Shown: positions 1 through 9,646 of the stretch, in pieces
Numbering within the stretch: position 1 is the stretch's first letter
Layout: each line of letters starts with the position of its first letter
IMG/VR virus record: IMGVR_UViG_3300044701_000569
Location: 62,001 to 126,000 of that record
Length of the DNA: 64,000 nucleotides
Direction: 5' to 3' (one strand)
The notes under the pieces: generated by a model
Told to the model about the DNA's origin: nothing
The model's input: only the letters and a program-made list of their open reading frames with translations
Database searches by the model: none
Translations under genes and position numbers: made by a program

Positions 1-179
1 CTGTTTATTATTTTATCTAATGGAGCTGAATATTCAAATACTACATGGTATAAAAATTTAGTTTTAGGACCAAGTGCATGGCCGTGTTCAGTGTATAACT
101 GCATAGCGTGTCTTGCATCTCTTAGATGCAGATCGCTTTGAGTATTAATTAAATAGAGGTCTTGTGTGTTTAGTCCCAT
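1..179 (-). CDS. N-terminal part of a gene running off the window, probably a tail-tube-related or baseplate protein
   Basis: ATG at 179, frame open to base 1 (MGLNTQDLYLINTQSDLHLRDARHAMQLYTEHGHALGPKTKFLYHVVFEY...). A late-type ATAAATA box lies 5 nt upstream. Follows the tail tube gene. Not in the ORF track. Confidence 0.6.
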   Translation of the reverse strand, partial: MGLNTQDLYLINTQSDLHLRDARHAMQLYTEHGHALGPKTKFLYHVVFEYSAPLDKIIN

Positions 180-184
180 ACAAA

Positions 185-192
185 TATTTATC
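185..192 (-). promoter_or_regulatory. Late promoter box (GATAAATA)
   Basis: Variant of the T4 late TATAAATA box; the same motif recurs upstream of most structural genes. Confidence 0.6.
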
Positions 193-217
193 CAACGACA
201 AAAAGTGGGTAGATAAT

Positions 218-250
218 AAAAAAGCGAGAACTAAAATAGTCCTCGCTTCT
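218..250 (-). terminator. Intrinsic terminator after the tail tube gene
   Basis: Stem aagcgag (222-228) / ctcgctt (242-248) with an A-run at 218-223 that reads as a U-tract on the minus strand. Confidence 0.6.
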
Positions 251-278
251 TAACCGAATGCCAATAGTTAGTAGTTTA

Positions 279-950
279 TTAGATACTACCTGCGTTAGTA
301 CCACCAGTGATCTGTGTACCACCATCAGCGTCTTGTGTAGCTCTTGTAGTAATTTCGCCTACGCCAACTGTATCAGCACCTTCAGCACCATACTGTATTG
401 CGTTATCGTAACGAATTGATAGTGTTATTGTTACTGGATCGTTAGTTGCGTATGCTAAGGTATTGTAGTTTACGCTTTCTAGGTAGCAACCAACTAAGTG
501 GAATCTATCTAGAACTGCTGCGCCGCCTGCATTACCGTTACCACCGTCTAGTATTTCAATGCGTAATTGGAACTTGTATGTACCACCTGCAACTGCGCTT
601 GACTGTTCAAAGAAATCAAACTGTCTCTGTAGCTGCTGACCAACAATCTTTTGAACGTTATTGTTAGCATCTTCACGTAGTGTAAGTGTAATTGGTTCCC
701 ATGTATGCTTACCAGCTAGATATGATCTGCTGTTATAAGCATCAATAGTAATCTGTTCAAATGTTAGGTTTGGACGAGTTACGTCTACTACCTGTCTTGA
801 AATTTCTCTGACCCCGTCCGGGCCACCTGTTGTACCAAATCCGTCCAATAGCACTCTAAAGCGATATTGTAGCTTTGGCATTAAAAGCGAACTGTTAGAA
901 CCTGATCCTGAAGTTGGGATCGAAATGTTCTGAAGTGTTGTTATTGGCAT
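279..950 (-). CDS. gp19: Tail tube protein (T4 gp19-like)
   Basis: PKLQYRFRV, RPNLTFEQITI, GKHTWEPITLTLR and YATNDPVTITLSIRYD motifs; directly downstream of the sheath gene. Confidence 0.85.
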   Translation of the reverse strand: MPITTLQNISIPTSGSGSNSSLLMPKLQYRFRVLLDGFGTTGGPDGVREISRQVVDVTRPNLTFEQITIDAYNSRSYLAGKHTWEPITLTLREDANNNVQKIVGQQLQRQFDFFEQSSAVAGGTYKFQLRIEILDGGNGNAGGAAVLDRFHLVGCYLESVNYNTLAYATNDPVTITLSIRYDNAIQYGAEGADTVGVGEITTRATQDADGGTQITGGTNAGSI

Positions 951-973
951 TCTGTAATCTCCTAATACATGTG

Positions 974-981
974 TATTTATC
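974..981 (-). promoter_or_regulatory. Late promoter box (GATAAATA) for the tail tube gene
   Basis: tatttatc on the plus strand, about 24 nt upstream of the ATG, with an SD (GGAG) between. Confidence 0.6.
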
Positions 982-987
982 TATAAT

Positions 988-1012
988 GGCCCCCCATTTC
1001 TGAGGGGCCTTT
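988..1012. terminator. GC-rich hairpin between sheath and tube genes
   Basis: On the minus strand GGCCCCUCA-GAAA-UGGGGGCC; the U-run lies on the plus strand, so the orientation is uncertain. Confidence 0.5.
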
Positions 1013-1016
1013 TATA

Positions 1017-4000
1017 TTAGCCTAGTGCTGCAATTTCACCTGTGTTCTTAATTCTCAATGGAATGTAAATGAACTCAACTGCCTTGACTGGTTCAATAGC
1101 TATATCTAGATATAGCTCATTACGGTCAATTCTGCTTGGTGTATTGTTAGACTCATCACATACTACTAGATAATCATACAATGCACGTAAGCTCACAAGT
1201 TCTAGGCAGAATGCGTCAGCTGCTGCTTTGATTTGATCGCGTGTGATCTTGTCATTTGGTTCAAACAAGTATGGTCTTGCTAGTTTTTCTAGCTGCCCAC
1301 GCATGTAAACAATTAGACGTGCTACGTTTACACGGTCTAGAGCACTTGCATTTCTTGCACGAGTCTTCTGACCAAATACAACTAAGCCTGCACCACTTAA
1401 GAAAGTGATTGGATTAATTGAGTTGCTGTATAGTGTATCACGCTGTCCTGTGTTTAGAGCAATTGAAACAAACTCGCCTTCTGAGTTGATATAACCAGAA
1501 GCGGTTGCGTTTGTAACTCCACCACGACGTGTGCCTGCTGGAGCGAACCAGGGGAATGCTACTTGATCGTTTAGAATGATTGTACGTAGTGCCATATGGC
1601 TTGGAGGAACAACTACGTTGTTTCCTGCGTTATCGCTAGTAAAGCCCCATGGATAGTACATAGCCATGTATTCATCGAAGCTTACTGCACCATCATCGTT
1701 GTCTTCAACTGCACGACGAACGTTTGCACCCCACTCATTTAGACTTGTAGCGTCTGGTGTTAGTCTTGCTGGTGTATCACCTACTACGAACGCTGTTAAT
1801 CTACGATCGTAATTTAGAGTAATCATTTCACCAATCAGTTCAGAATAACCTGGGCAGGCAATTAAGTTAAAGAAGCGTGATTCTTCGTCACGAATATCTT
1901 GATTGCTGTTTACAAGTGCTTGTAGTGCCTGTACAACACTCTTGCGCTGTGCATGACGACCAAATGTTCCTGCACCGTCTTCTCTGTTACCAGAGTCAGT
2001 TACCCAGCGGTGTGGATAGTATGCATCCATTGGTTGATCTAGATAACGTGAGTTAGTCTGATTTACATCAATGTAATTGCGTACAAAACGCTTAACGTTG
2101 AAACCACTGCGACGTAGATTCCATAGTAACATACCTTTTGGATATAGTGCTGGATCTGGAGCGTCTGCGTCTAGGTAGTTAGTGCTGAGTAAGTCAACAA
2201 TGTCACCTGCATCGAGACCAGTGTTAACATCGCCGCCATTAACTCCGTAACGTGCATCAGCGAATAGAACACCGTTTTCTGTAGTTTGATCAGTCTTGTC
2301 TACTAATACCCATTCTTCTAAAATATCATTATACTTGTAGATTGTTGGGAAGTTTTCAATATCAGCTGTATCAATCCATAGATCACCCGTTACTAAAGGA
2401 TCACCATTTGATTGTGTAGTAGGCTCAGTAGCACCTACGATAGGACCATTAGGATCAGTATTACCTGTGCCATCACCGTGATCATAGTTTAGATAGCCTA
2501 CCCATGTAGTACCGTTGTGAATCATAACATCAATTTCGTCCACAACTGAACTGTACCATAATTCGCCGTCTGGTGCTAGTGTTAGTGGCTCGTCATCGTC
2601 AGCCACGTATGATAGAACTCTCCAACCAGATGCTCTGAACTGTGATGGAATTGTAGTATTATCTGTGCCTGGTTCATATGACACTCCAGGTGTACCTTCT
2701 GTAGGATCAACATAAGCACCAAATCCTGCTAGAGCAAGGCCGCCGTCGCTATCAACTAGCTTGATTTCGCCGCCTAGCTTGTGTGTTATTGATACTCTGT
2801 TTAGACCATCAACAGTTGCAAGCACGTTTACTAAACCTGCTGCATTAATTGCACCAGCTAGTGTTGTTGCATCTACCGGAGCACCTGTTGCAGTAAATGT
2901 TACTGTTACAGGCTCAAGAGCGTTTGTTGATGAGTTTCTTGGCCAGAATCTGTTATTACCTGTTCTAGTTTCAGCTATAGTAAAGTCGTATGTACCTGCT
3001 GTGATCTTGCCACTGGTAATTTTCTGACTTACTACTGTTGTTGGGCCGTTAGCTGCACGACGATAAATTGTCCAGTTACCTTTCTTGTTTAGGTCTTCAT
3101 TAATATTAGCCTTAACATAAAGATCACCTAGTACTAGATTGGCGCCGCCGCCTGTTCTGTTTAGTTGATAGATAGCATCCTCAGCTGTCTGATAAACAGG
3201 AGCAATTACTCTTTCCCATAGCTGTGTATCACCGTTGTAACGCTTTACGTTAAACACTGCACCAGCATTTGGCTGTGTCGTCTTTAACCATAGTGAACCA
3301 GTTGGACGATTGTCTTCTAGTGTCTTAAATGTTGGTACACTGGTGTGTGGAGCAATAGCTACTGCTGGTGTATTAAATGTACCTGCTGTTAAACCAAGCT
3401 GTGTTATTAGGGTTGCTGAACCGCCCGTGCCTGGTGCTATTACTAGTGTGTCATTCTCTGAATAAATTTCTAAGAAACCGTCAACGTTGGCACAAGTCAC
3501 TCCGTCAGCAGTCATTGCTAGATTAAATTCAGTTACAAATGCGTTTAAACTAGTTCCATCTTGTGTAATTAGAGTACCGTCAACTGTAATTGTAAGACCA
3601 TCAGTTATAGTTGGATTAGCATTTGTTCCGGTTACGGTTGCCCAAGATGCCTTCCATGCTACTGTTCCTACACCTACCCACTGTCCTTTGCTAGGACCAA
3701 CTACAGCCTTGTACCATAGTTTATTGTCTGTGGCAGTAGTATCAACTGCATAATCACCAACAGCACCTACTGAAGCTTTAGGTGCTTCACCAGGTGTTTC
3801 ATCAACTAACTGTGTAGCGTCAACAATAGCTATTGGACTTACTGATGTGAAAGACTGCCCGCCGGAAACTGTAATTGCTGAGCCATTCCATTCTAGAGCA
3901 CCAAAGGATGTTACTCGTGTATCTAGCCAATATGATCCATCTACAGGCTCGCCGCCAGGAGCAACGGACTTAGCTTGTAATTTAGTTGTATCTAGGTCTG

Positions 4001-4334
4001 CTCTACAAACGTAAACTCTATTGCTTACGCCTAGCAGTGAATATGCAGTGTTCAAGCCGTATTCATTTAGCTCGCCACCGTGTATCATATTTCCGTTTGT
4101 GTCAGAATAGAACAGCGCATCACCAAATGTGTCGCCTAGTTCTCTCTGGCTTGTAATTAAATAAGGCTTGCCAGCATTTGCTTTTAGCGTTCCTACTGCT
4201 GTGCCTGAACCACTTGCGCTGGTCTTGTTCTCAGCAGTGGCTATAAAAATTATTGGTACAGTACCTGCACCGGCCGGAGTATAAAAACTCTCGTCGATTA
4301 CATTTACTTCTACTCCAGGTGATACTAGTGCCAT
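1017..4334 (-). CDS. gp18: Tail sheath protein (gp18-like, about 1105 aa, with large insertion domains)
   Basis: MALVSPGVEV N-terminus and C-terminal WFAPAGTRRG, FGQKT, ALDRVNVARL, FEPND, CDESNN, PVKAVEFI. Start moved to 4334 because a GGAGAAG SD precedes it. Confidence 0.95.
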   Translation of the reverse strand: MALVSPGVEVNVIDESFYTPAGAGTVPIIFIATAENKTSASGSGTAVGTLKANAGKPYLITSQRELGDTFGDALFYSDTNGNMIHGGELNEYGLNTAYSLLGVSNRVYVCRADLDTTKLQAKSVAPGGEPVDGSYWLDTRVTSFGALEWNGSAITVSGGQSFTSVSPIAIVDATQLVDETPGEAPKASVGAVGDYAVDTTATDNKLWYKAVVGPSKGQWVGVGTVAWKASWATVTGTNANPTITDGLTITVDGTLITQDGTSLNAFVTEFNLAMTADGVTCANVDGFLEIYSENDTLVIAPGTGGSATLITQLGLTAGTFNTPAVAIAPHTSVPTFKTLEDNRPTGSLWLKTTQPNAGAVFNVKRYNGDTQLWERVIAPVYQTAEDAIYQLNRTGGGANLVLGDLYVKANINEDLNKKGNWTIYRRAANGPTTVVSQKITSGKITAGTYDFTIAETRTGNNRFWPRNSSTNALEPVTVTFTATGAPVDATTLAGAINAAGLVNVLATVDGLNRVSITHKLGGEIKLVDSDGGLALAGFGAYVDPTEGTPGVSYEPGTDNTTIPSQFRASGWRVLSYVADDDEPLTLAPDGELWYSSVVDEIDVMIHNGTTWVGYLNYDHGDGTGNTDPNGPIVGATEPTTQSNGDPLVTGDLWIDTADIENFPTIYKYNDILEEWVLVDKTDQTTENGVLFADARYGVNGGDVNTGLDAGDIVDLLSTNYLDADAPDPALYPKGMLLWNLRRSGFNVKRFVRNYIDVNQTNSRYLDQPMDAYYPHRWVTDSGNREDGAGTFGRHAQRKSVVQALQALVNSNQDIRDEESRFFNLIACPGYSELIGEMITLNYDRRLTAFVVGDTPARLTPDATSLNEWGANVRRAVEDNDDGAVSFDEYMAMYYPWGFTSDNAGNNVVVPPSHMALRTIILNDQVAFPWFAPAGTRRGGVTNATASGYINSEGEFVSIALNTGQRDTLYSNSINPITFLSGAGLVVFGQKTRARNASALDRVNVARLIVYMRGQLEKLARPYLFEPNDKITRDQIKAAADAFCLELVSLRALYDYLVVCDESNNTPSRIDRNELYLDIAIEPVKAVEFIYIPLRIKNTGEIAALG

Positions 4335-4365
4335 GTTATCTTCTCCTATTGGACTATGTTGCATG

Positions 4366-4373
4366 TATTTATT
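4366..4373 (-). promoter_or_regulatory. Late promoter box (AATAAATA) for the sheath gene
   Basis: tatttatt on the plus strand upstream of the SD and ATG at 4334. Confidence 0.6.
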
Positions 4374-4440
4374 ATAATCAAAGCAAAAAGGGCTATAATA
4401 CAGTCCAAAAAAGGGGCAGAAAAGGTGAGGTAAATACAAT

Positions 4441-4776
4441 ATGAGACCACTTTGCCTCTGCGGACAGAGACCTGCAGCCGTTAATTATAAAAAAGGAAAG
4501 AAAACCTACTATCGCAAACTATGCGAAGTGTGTCTTCGTAGTGGCGTGGGACATGGCATTCCTAAATGGAAGCAGAGCGGATATGCAAAAAAGGATGTTT
4601 GCGAGAAGTGTGGCTTCAAAAGCAAACATCCTGAACAGTTTAATGTATTTCACGTTGATGGCGACCTAAACAACTGTCGACCAAACAATTTAAAAACAGT
4701 ATGTGCTAACTGTCAACGTATTATACAGAAAGAAGGTGTACGTTGGAAGCAAGGAGATCTGAGACCTGATTTCTAA
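4441..4776 (+). CDS. Small Zn-binding HNH-like protein
   Basis: Several CxxC pairs plus FHVDGDLNNCRPNNLKTVCANC, an HNH beta-beta-alpha-metal-like segment. Confidence 0.65.
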   Translation: MRPLCLCGQRPAAVNYKKGKKTYYRKLCEVCLRSGVGHGIPKWKQSGYAKKDVCEKCGFKSKHPEQFNVFHVDGDLNNCRPNNLKTVCANCQRIIQKEGVRWKQGDLRPDF

Positions 4777-5332
4777 GGTCGTCTAACGAGCCGTCATTGG
4801 CTATTTCTTCATTGAAGCTAGTTTGCCCCCAGGCCCATTCGCTTGCATGAATATCCTTAGGTATAATACCCTGTTCTCTATAGTCACTGAACCAGCTAGG
4901 CGTTTCACCTCTTGTAACACACCAAACTTGTCCGCCAATAGTTTGTAGCATCTTAATTTCGTTAGGGAATCGAGTATCTGGAATTACCCAGTCTGTGTAA
5001 GGATCTGCTGTGATTTGCTGTTTAACAATGCTGACCCATATACCGTCAAAGAATCCTTGGCGCATGCACTCTGTGCCAAATTCTTGTAGTACTAGTCTAG
5101 GGGTAATTATTCTGCCAGTTTCAGCAGTCCAAAAATCATCCTGCTGCTCTCTCCAGGATCTGCTTTCTGTTGTATCACCTTCTAGCAAATGTCTAGGCCA
5201 ACCAAACAATTCTGCTACAGAATCTTTAAGTTTATCAGCAAACGAAATTTTCTTAAAATTATGTTCTTCAACAAGTATGTCAGCAACGGTGCCTTTGCCG
5301 CTGCCGATTAGTCCGCAAACTCCAACAATCAT
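4721..5332 (-). CDS. Deoxynucleoside monophosphate kinase (T4 gp1-like)
   Basis: P-loop GLIGSGKGT, SFADKLK, PRLVLQEFGTE, DTRFPNE and HASEW motifs. Confidence 0.9.
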   Translation of the reverse strand: MIVGVCGLIGSGKGTVADILVEEHNFKKISFADKLKDSVAELFGWPRHLLEGDTTESRSWREQQDDFWTAETGRIITPRLVLQEFGTECMRQGFFDGIWVSIVKQQITADPYTDWVIPDTRFPNEIKMLQTIGGQVWCVTRGETPSWFSDYREQGIIPKDIHASEWAWGQTSFNEEIANDGSLDDLRNQVSDLLASNVHLLSV

Positions 5333-5356
5333 TGTACGCTCCTAAGGTATATCTAT

Positions 5357-5385
5357 ACTATAACTTAGAACTAAAGATTTGTCAA
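5357..5385 (-). promoter_or_regulatory. Sigma70-type promoter for the dNMP kinase gene
   Basis: TTGACA, 17-nt spacer, TATAGT, followed by an AGGAG SD. Confidence 0.8.
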
Positions 5386-5388
5386 CAG

Positions 5389-6147
5389 TTATCCAATTAC
5401 GAATGTATAACCAACGCCGCCTGCAACAGCTTGTTCTGCGTCTTTTTCTAGCTTTTCTAGTTCTTGCTGTGCTTCGCTCTTTAGTGCGTCGCCGTTGAGT
5501 GAGCCGCCGCCTTGTGGCCCTGCAATAGTTGCAAACTTGCTACGAGCTTCACCCAGCATGTATTTGCAAGTGGCTAGGGTGTAGTCTTTGATCCACTGTT
5601 TAGCAAGATAGTCCTCTAACAACTGTGTGTCTGGTCTATAGTTATAGCACCATAACATTAGCTGTTCTTCTGCTCTCATTCTCTGTAGTAAAGTGAGTTT
5701 TCTTGAAGCACTGTTCCATTTAAATTCAATAAAAGAACCAAACATACGTCCTACAAGTTCTTGATATTGACTAAAAAAATCATAAGTTGCTAGTCCGCCC
5801 ATGTTTGAGCTCGATAATAGATATGTGTTTGTATAGGCTAAATTAAAAGGCTCAAACAGTGTGCCGCCTGATCCCATGCCGCTTCGACTGCCTATACTTC
5901 TACGGAAAACTTGTCGTACTTCAATTACTTCTGCAGGAAGTATATATTCATTTTGATCCACTACTGTTTCTAAGAAGATGTAGCTTTCTTCAACAGACCC
6001 GCTGCCTTTTTGTCGCAGTTTTGCTAATGCTTTTGATAGTGCAGTTTCATAGTGTATAGGATCTAGTTCTACGTCAATCATGCCGCCGCCCAGCATGGCA
6101 TGCACATAGTCAAAAATCTCTTGTTTTTGGTCCTTTAAATTTGCCAT
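5389..6147 (-). CDS. gp13: Neck / head-tail adaptor protein (gp13-like)
   Basis: LGGGMIDVEL, WIKDYTLATCKYMLGEARSKF and GGGSLNGDAL motifs; divergent from the gp14-like gene. Confidence 0.75.
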   Translation of the reverse strand: MANLKDQKQEIFDYVHAMLGGGMIDVELDPIHYETALSKALAKLRQKGSGSVEESYIFLETVVDQNEYILPAEVIEVRQVFRRSIGSRSGMGSGGTLFEPFNLAYTNTYLLSSSNMGGLATYDFFSQYQELVGRMFGSFIEFKWNSASRKLTLLQRMRAEEQLMLWCYNYRPDTQLLEDYLAKQWIKDYTLATCKYMLGEARSKFATIAGPQGGGSLNGDALKSEAQQELEKLEKDAEQAVAGGVGYTFVIG

Positions 6148-6165
6148 CTATAGTTCTCCGTAGTG

Positions 6166-6185
6166 TATTTATCGCAGCATAAATA
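6166..6185. promoter_or_regulatory. Back-to-back late promoter boxes
   Basis: tatttatc at 6166-6173 (minus strand GATAAATA) and ATAAATA at 6179-6185 (plus strand). Confidence 0.65.
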
Positions 6186-6190
6186 TAAAC

Positions 6191-7354
6191 ATGCCAAGAA
6201 TATCTCTATTTAAACCTGAACGCGGCAATGATTACGAATTCTTAGATCGACAGATCTCAGAAATGTTCACTGTTGGCGGTACAGACATAAACATACACAA
6301 GTACATGGGTCCTGTAAATCCTGCTGATGGTGATGCTACAGCAGACAAGCCCCAATATGACGCTGTTAAGGAAACTAACATACAAGATCTGCTATTTTTA
6401 GAAAATAGAGATAGAAAATATGATACCAGCGTTTACACTATGCGTGGTATCTATAACATACAAGACATAGACTTTAATCTAAGCCAATTTGGCTTATTTT
6501 TAAGTAACGACACACTATTCTTAACTATACACATTAGAGACAGTGTAAAAACACTAGGTAGAAAAATTATATCAGGTGATGTAATTGAACTTCCTCACTT
6601 AAAAGACGAGTATGCGCTGAACGACTATAGTATGGCCTTAAAACGTTTTTATGTAGTAGAAGATGTAAACAGAGCAGCTGAAGGATTTAGTCAAACTTGG
6701 TGGCCTCATTTGTATAGACTAAAACTTAAACAAATTTACGACGGACAGGAATACAGCGAAATACTAGATCTACCGGCATCAGAAGACAGTAATCAAACAC
6801 TAAGAGATGTGCTTAGTACCTATGAAAAAGAAATGCAGATTAATAGTGCTGTAATTGCACAAGCAGAAGCTGATGCTCCTAAGAGCGGTTTTACAACTAG
6901 TCATTTCTATACTGTAGCAACTAATGAAGACGGAACTGTTGCACTGCAAACTGCTGACGAAACAGATATAGATGCTAGCAACATTAGTACCAGTGCTGAT
7001 GAAATTGTTAACAGGCCTGCTAGAGAAGGCTATTCAGGTTATCTATTAAATTACGGTGACGGGTCAACACCTAATGCTGCACCTTACGGTTTTGGTATAC
7101 AATTTCCTCGCAGTCCTGTAGAAGGTGATTTCTTTCTTAGAACGGATTACATGCCCAATAGAATGTTCCACTATGATGGCGCTCGTTGGGTCAAATACAA
7201 AGATGATGTTAGAATGACACTAACAAATACTCTAGAAAGATATACTCACAGAACTTCGTTTATCAATAATACTAACACTAATACTATTAACGGTGAAGTA
7301 GTTGAAGAACGCCAAGCACTATCAAAAGCACTTAGACCTAAGGCGGACAACTAA
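6191..7354 (+). CDS. gp14: Neck protein (gp14-like) with C-terminal extension
   Basis: LSQFGLFLSNDTLFLTIH and GDVIELP resemble gp14; position between the gp13- and gp15-like genes. Confidence 0.6.
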   Translation: MPRISLFKPERGNDYEFLDRQISEMFTVGGTDINIHKYMGPVNPADGDATADKPQYDAVKETNIQDLLFLENRDRKYDTSVYTMRGIYNIQDIDFNLSQFGLFLSNDTLFLTIHIRDSVKTLGRKIISGDVIELPHLKDEYALNDYSMALKRFYVVEDVNRAAEGFSQTWWPHLYRLKLKQIYDGQEYSEILDLPASEDSNQTLRDVLSTYEKEMQINSAVIAQAEADAPKSGFTTSHFYTVATNEDGTVALQTADETDIDASNISTSADEIVNRPAREGYSGYLLNYGDGSTPNAAPYGFGIQFPRSPVEGDFFLRTDYMPNRMFHYDGARWVKYKDDVRMTLTNTLERYTHRTSFINNTNTNTINGEVVEERQALSKALRPKADN

Positions 7355-8778
7355 TGTTACATTTTTATGATGGACAAATAAGACGGTATGTTACCCAATT
7401 GATGAGATTGGTTAGTAACTTTCCTGTTAAGGACGGCAAAGGTCAAGAAAAAATAGTTCCTGTTATGTATGGAGATTTAACACGACAGGTTGCTAATGTT
7501 ATAAGAGATAACTCAGAGAATAAGTTACCTAGTGCTCCTAGAATGAGTGTGTATATTACAGCATTAGAATTAGACAAAGATAGATTAACTGATGCTACTT
7601 ATACACGTTCTGTAAACATACGCGAACGTGAATTTGACGAAGAATCAGGAGAATACCTAAATACTAAAGGTCCTAACTATACTGTTGAACGACTAATACC
7701 TACACCCTACATGATGAGAACTAACGTAGATATATGGAGTTCGAATACAGATCAAAAGTTACAAATACTAGAACAGTTATTGGTATTATTTAATCCTAGT
7801 CTTGAAATACAGACTACAGATAATTTTGTTGATTGGACTAGTATTACAGTAGTTAATTTAGAAAGTGTACAATTTACAAACAGAAGTATACCTGTAGGTG
7901 TTGACACAGAAATAGACATTGCTACACTAACGTTTAGTATTCCTATCTATATTAGTCCGCCCAGCAAAGTTAAGAAAATGGGTGTTATTACTAATATCAT
8001 TACTAGTATGTTTGACGAAACTAGGGGAACAATCGAAACGGGTGTATCTGCGCCTGAAACTAATGCTTATGATGATTTTGCAGTACCTGGTTCTATTGAA
8101 AATGAATTTGGCAAGAGACCTGCTACTGCACTAACCAGTCAAATGGCAAATGTAAACTACAACACCTATGGTGTTTACATTGACGGTACAACAGCACAGT
8201 TAATTTCTAGAGGTACTGTAGGTAATAAAAATTGGAGAGATATTTTTGAAGCACTGCCTGGTAACTATGTTGCCGATGTTAGTAGAATTTATCTATCTAA
8301 TCTAGACAGTAACGTAACAGTTACCGGTACTATTAGCTTAAATCCGTTTGACGAAGGCAAAGTTTCAATCAACTGGGACGCAGACAGCTTTCCGCAGGAT
8401 GACATTATAACCAGTCCTATTGCTAGTAGAACCAGTATAGATTATATCATAGATCCTACACGCTTTAACCCTTCTGGGATCAAAGCTATAGGTGTGCGAT
8501 TGCTGCTATTAGAAGATGTTGGTAACGAAGATGCTGTAGAAAATCCTGTTGCTTGGAGAAATGCTGATAACTCAGGTTTAGTAGCAGGTGCTAATGACAT
8601 AGTAGAATGGAACGGCACAGCCTGGACTATAATCTTTGATGCTAGTGAAACTACCAATACAGTATACACTACAAACTTAAATACTGGCGTACAGTATAGA
8701 TTTACTGACAGTAGCTGGTACAAGAGTGTTGACGGTGAGTATCCAATAGGCACATGGAGGATTGATCTCTACGGCTAA
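7354..8778 (+). CDS. gp15: Tail terminator / sheath stabiliser (gp15-like) with C-terminal extension
   Basis: HFYDGQIRRY, VPVMYGD, LPSAPRMS, PTPY and QILEQLLVLFNPS motifs. Confidence 0.75.
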   Translation: MLHFYDGQIRRYVTQLMRLVSNFPVKDGKGQEKIVPVMYGDLTRQVANVIRDNSENKLPSAPRMSVYITALELDKDRLTDATYTRSVNIREREFDEESGEYLNTKGPNYTVERLIPTPYMMRTNVDIWSSNTDQKLQILEQLLVLFNPSLEIQTTDNFVDWTSITVVNLESVQFTNRSIPVGVDTEIDIATLTFSIPIYISPPSKVKKMGVITNIITSMFDETRGTIETGVSAPETNAYDDFAVPGSIENEFGKRPATALTSQMANVNYNTYGVYIDGTTAQLISRGTVGNKNWRDIFEALPGNYVADVSRIYLSNLDSNVTVTGTISLNPFDEGKVSINWDADSFPQDDIITSPIASRTSIDYIIDPTRFNPSGIKAIGVRLLLLEDVGNEDAVENPVAWRNADNSGLVAGANDIVEWNGTAWTIIFDASETTNTVYTTNLNTGVQYRFTDSSWYKSVDGEYPIGTWRIDLYG

Positions 8779-8786
8779 TTATTAGT

Positions 8787-9227
8787 ATGACTAATATTAA
8801 CTGTAGCGGCGCCTTATTTTATACTTTAGAAACCAAAAGATTCCTGTTCTTATACCGCAAGAACGGTAAACGTTCTAATCAGTGGGGGATAGTTGGTGGA
8901 ACTAACGAAGGTGCGGAAACTCCTTGGGAAGGACTTCAACGTGAAATAGTTGAAGAAATTGGATCTATACCTTCTATTATCAAAACTATTCCGTTAGAAA
9001 CATTCATATCATCTGATCAGCAGTTTCATTTTCACACCTATCTTTGTGTAATCCGTTCAGAATTTATTCCTCAGCTTAACAACGAACATGACGGTTATGC
9101 TTGGGTAGGTTACGAAAATTGGCCAAGACCTCTGCATCACGGACTGCGCAATACCTTACAAAGCAAGATAAACAGAGCCAAGCTAGAAACAGTTTTTCGT
9201 ATGAGCGATTTACTTGACGAGCAGTAA
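8787..9227 (+). CDS. Nudix hydrolase
   Basis: Complete Nudix box GTNEGAETPWEGLQREIVEEIG (Gx5Ex7REUxEExG). Confidence 0.9.
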   Translation: MTNINCSGALFYTLETKRFLFLYRKNGKRSNQWGIVGGTNEGAETPWEGLQREIVEEIGSIPSIIKTIPLETFISSDQQFHFHTYLCVIRSEFIPQLNNEHDGYAWVGYENWPRPLHHGLRNTLQSKINRAKLETVFRMSDLLDEQ

Positions 9228-9242
9228 AAAATCGTGTATATT
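9214..9242 (+). promoter_or_regulatory. Sigma70-type promoter of the heptose operon
   Basis: TTGACG (9214-9219), 17-nt spacer, TATATT (9237-9242); the ATG at 9248 falls at the expected +1. Confidence 0.65.
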
Positions 9243-9247
9243 ATAGT

Positions 9248-9646
9248 ATGAAAAAAATCTTTGTCAACGGATCTTTTGATGTTTTGCATAGAGGACACAT
9301 AGAGTTACTCAAGTATGCACGGCGTCAGGGTGATTTTTTAGTAGTTGCCATAGACACTGATGAAAGGATACGCTATCTTAAAGGTACATTGCGTCCAATA
9401 AACAATCAATGGGATAGAAAATTTGTGCTAGAAAATTTACGTGCTGTTGACGACGTATGTTTATTTTCGTCAGATGCCGAATTAGTTGCACTAATAAAAG
9501 AATACGCTCCAGACGTAATGGTTAAAGGCAGTGACTATATAGGTAAAAATATTATTGGAGCAGAATACTGTAAAGAAATTAAGTTTTATGACAGAACAGA
9601 ACACTCAACAACAAAAACAATTCAGGATATTATTACTCGGGGATAA
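9248..9646 (+). CDS. rfaE2: Heptose-1-phosphate nucleotidyltransferase (HldE C-terminal domain / RfaE2-like)
   Basis: GSFDVLHRGH (HxGH), LKGTLRPINN and VKGSDY motifs; operon context. Confidence 0.85.
   Translation: MKKIFVNGSFDVLHRGHIELLKYARRQGDFLVVAIDTDERIRYLKGTLRPINNQWDRKFVLENLRAVDDVCLFSSDAELVALIKEYAPDVMVKGSDYIGKNIIGAEYCKEIKFYDRTEHSTTKTIQDIITRG

Noticed and set aside
4335-4439. Longer N-termini in the ORF track (sheath from 4439, kinase from 9555, hldD from 10250, gmhB from 11536)
   Set aside because: Downstream ATGs coincide with SDs, stop-start overlaps or the family N-terminus, and the extensions are not protein-like.
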